Shown here piece after piece: positions 29,532 through 29,804 of a DNA stretch of 29,804 bases. The first letter of the stretch is position 1; every line of letters begins with the position of its first letter. The notes under the pieces are model-generated. The model saw only the letters and a list, made by a program, of their open reading frames with translations, searched no databases and was not told the origin of the DNA. A program made the translations under genes and the position numbers. The stretch is from assembly GCA_965205655.1 (NCBI GenBank), contig CBDBIJ010000145.1, positions 1 to 29,804 of the forward strand, read 5' to 3'. Origin of the DNA: Candidatus Latescibacterota bacterium. Lineage in GTDB: Bacteria; Latescibacterota; UBA2968; UBA8231.

Positions 29532-29804
29532 GGTCAATGCAACATTCTCCCCACTAATCTAATCATAGGAGATGTTGCACATGGCTCAAATGGGACGACC
29601 AGGATTGTCCGCGTCACAGAAGTCGGAGGTATGGCGTCGATGGAAGAGCGGCCAGTCGCATAGCGATATTGGTCGGGCGCTCGGGAAGCATCCGGCGTCG
29701 ATTCATGGTGTCATCGCCGCCAATGGGGGTATCGTACCAATGCCGCGTCGACGCTCTCGATGGGCTCTTGGCTGGGAAGAGCGTGAAGAGATCTCTCAAG
29801 GTAT
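29532..29804 (+). mobile_element. Left part of an IS30-family element, running off the window
   Basis: End-like sequence GGTCAATGCAACA followed by the transposase start. Confidence 0.7.
29581..29804 (+). CDS. IS30-family transposase N-terminus (partial; absent from the ORF track)
   Basis: RBS AGGAG; MAQMGRPGLSASQKSEVWRRWKSGQSHSDIGRALGKHPASIHGVIAANGGI...EREEISQG, a double-HTH start typical of IS30. Confidence 0.8.
   Translation, partial: MAQMGRPGLSASQKSEVWRRWKSGQSHSDIGRALGKHPASIHGVIAANGGIVPMPRRRSRWALGWEEREEISQG

Overview
GC-rich bacterial window in two parts. Left (1-11073): an ordinary catabolic region with an AtoE-type transporter (frameshifted, runs off the edge), four PhyH-family and one TauD-family Fe(II)/2-oxoglutarate dioxygenases, a DSD1/D-threonine-aldolase-like PLP enzyme, an SDR, a Gfo/Idh/MocA oxidoreductase and a frameshifted PAS hybrid histidine kinase. 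Right (11085-29804): an accessory locus of large, probably secreted proteins broken up by six IS elements (two IS630, an IS21 carrying a nested IS3-like element, IS481, and the start of an IS30 at the edge). Removing each IS plus one target duplication restores three in-frame genes: a 951-aa M6 metalloprotease with an internal FlgD-Ig/T9SS-CTD-like domain, a divergent 553-aa M48-like peptidase-TPR protein, and a ~1348-aa protein with 14 Reg_prop blades, Y_Y_Y, a transglutaminase-like domain and a TPR, but no kinase. Two further decayed paralogs of the last gene share its C-terminal D-E-x-x-F-Y-W-x-E tail. Two genes share a ~50-bp leader, and a coiled-coil membrane-anchor gene occurs twice. Gene content suggests a Latescibacterota/FCB-type host, which is inference only. 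All family calls come from reading motifs by eye; no searches were run.
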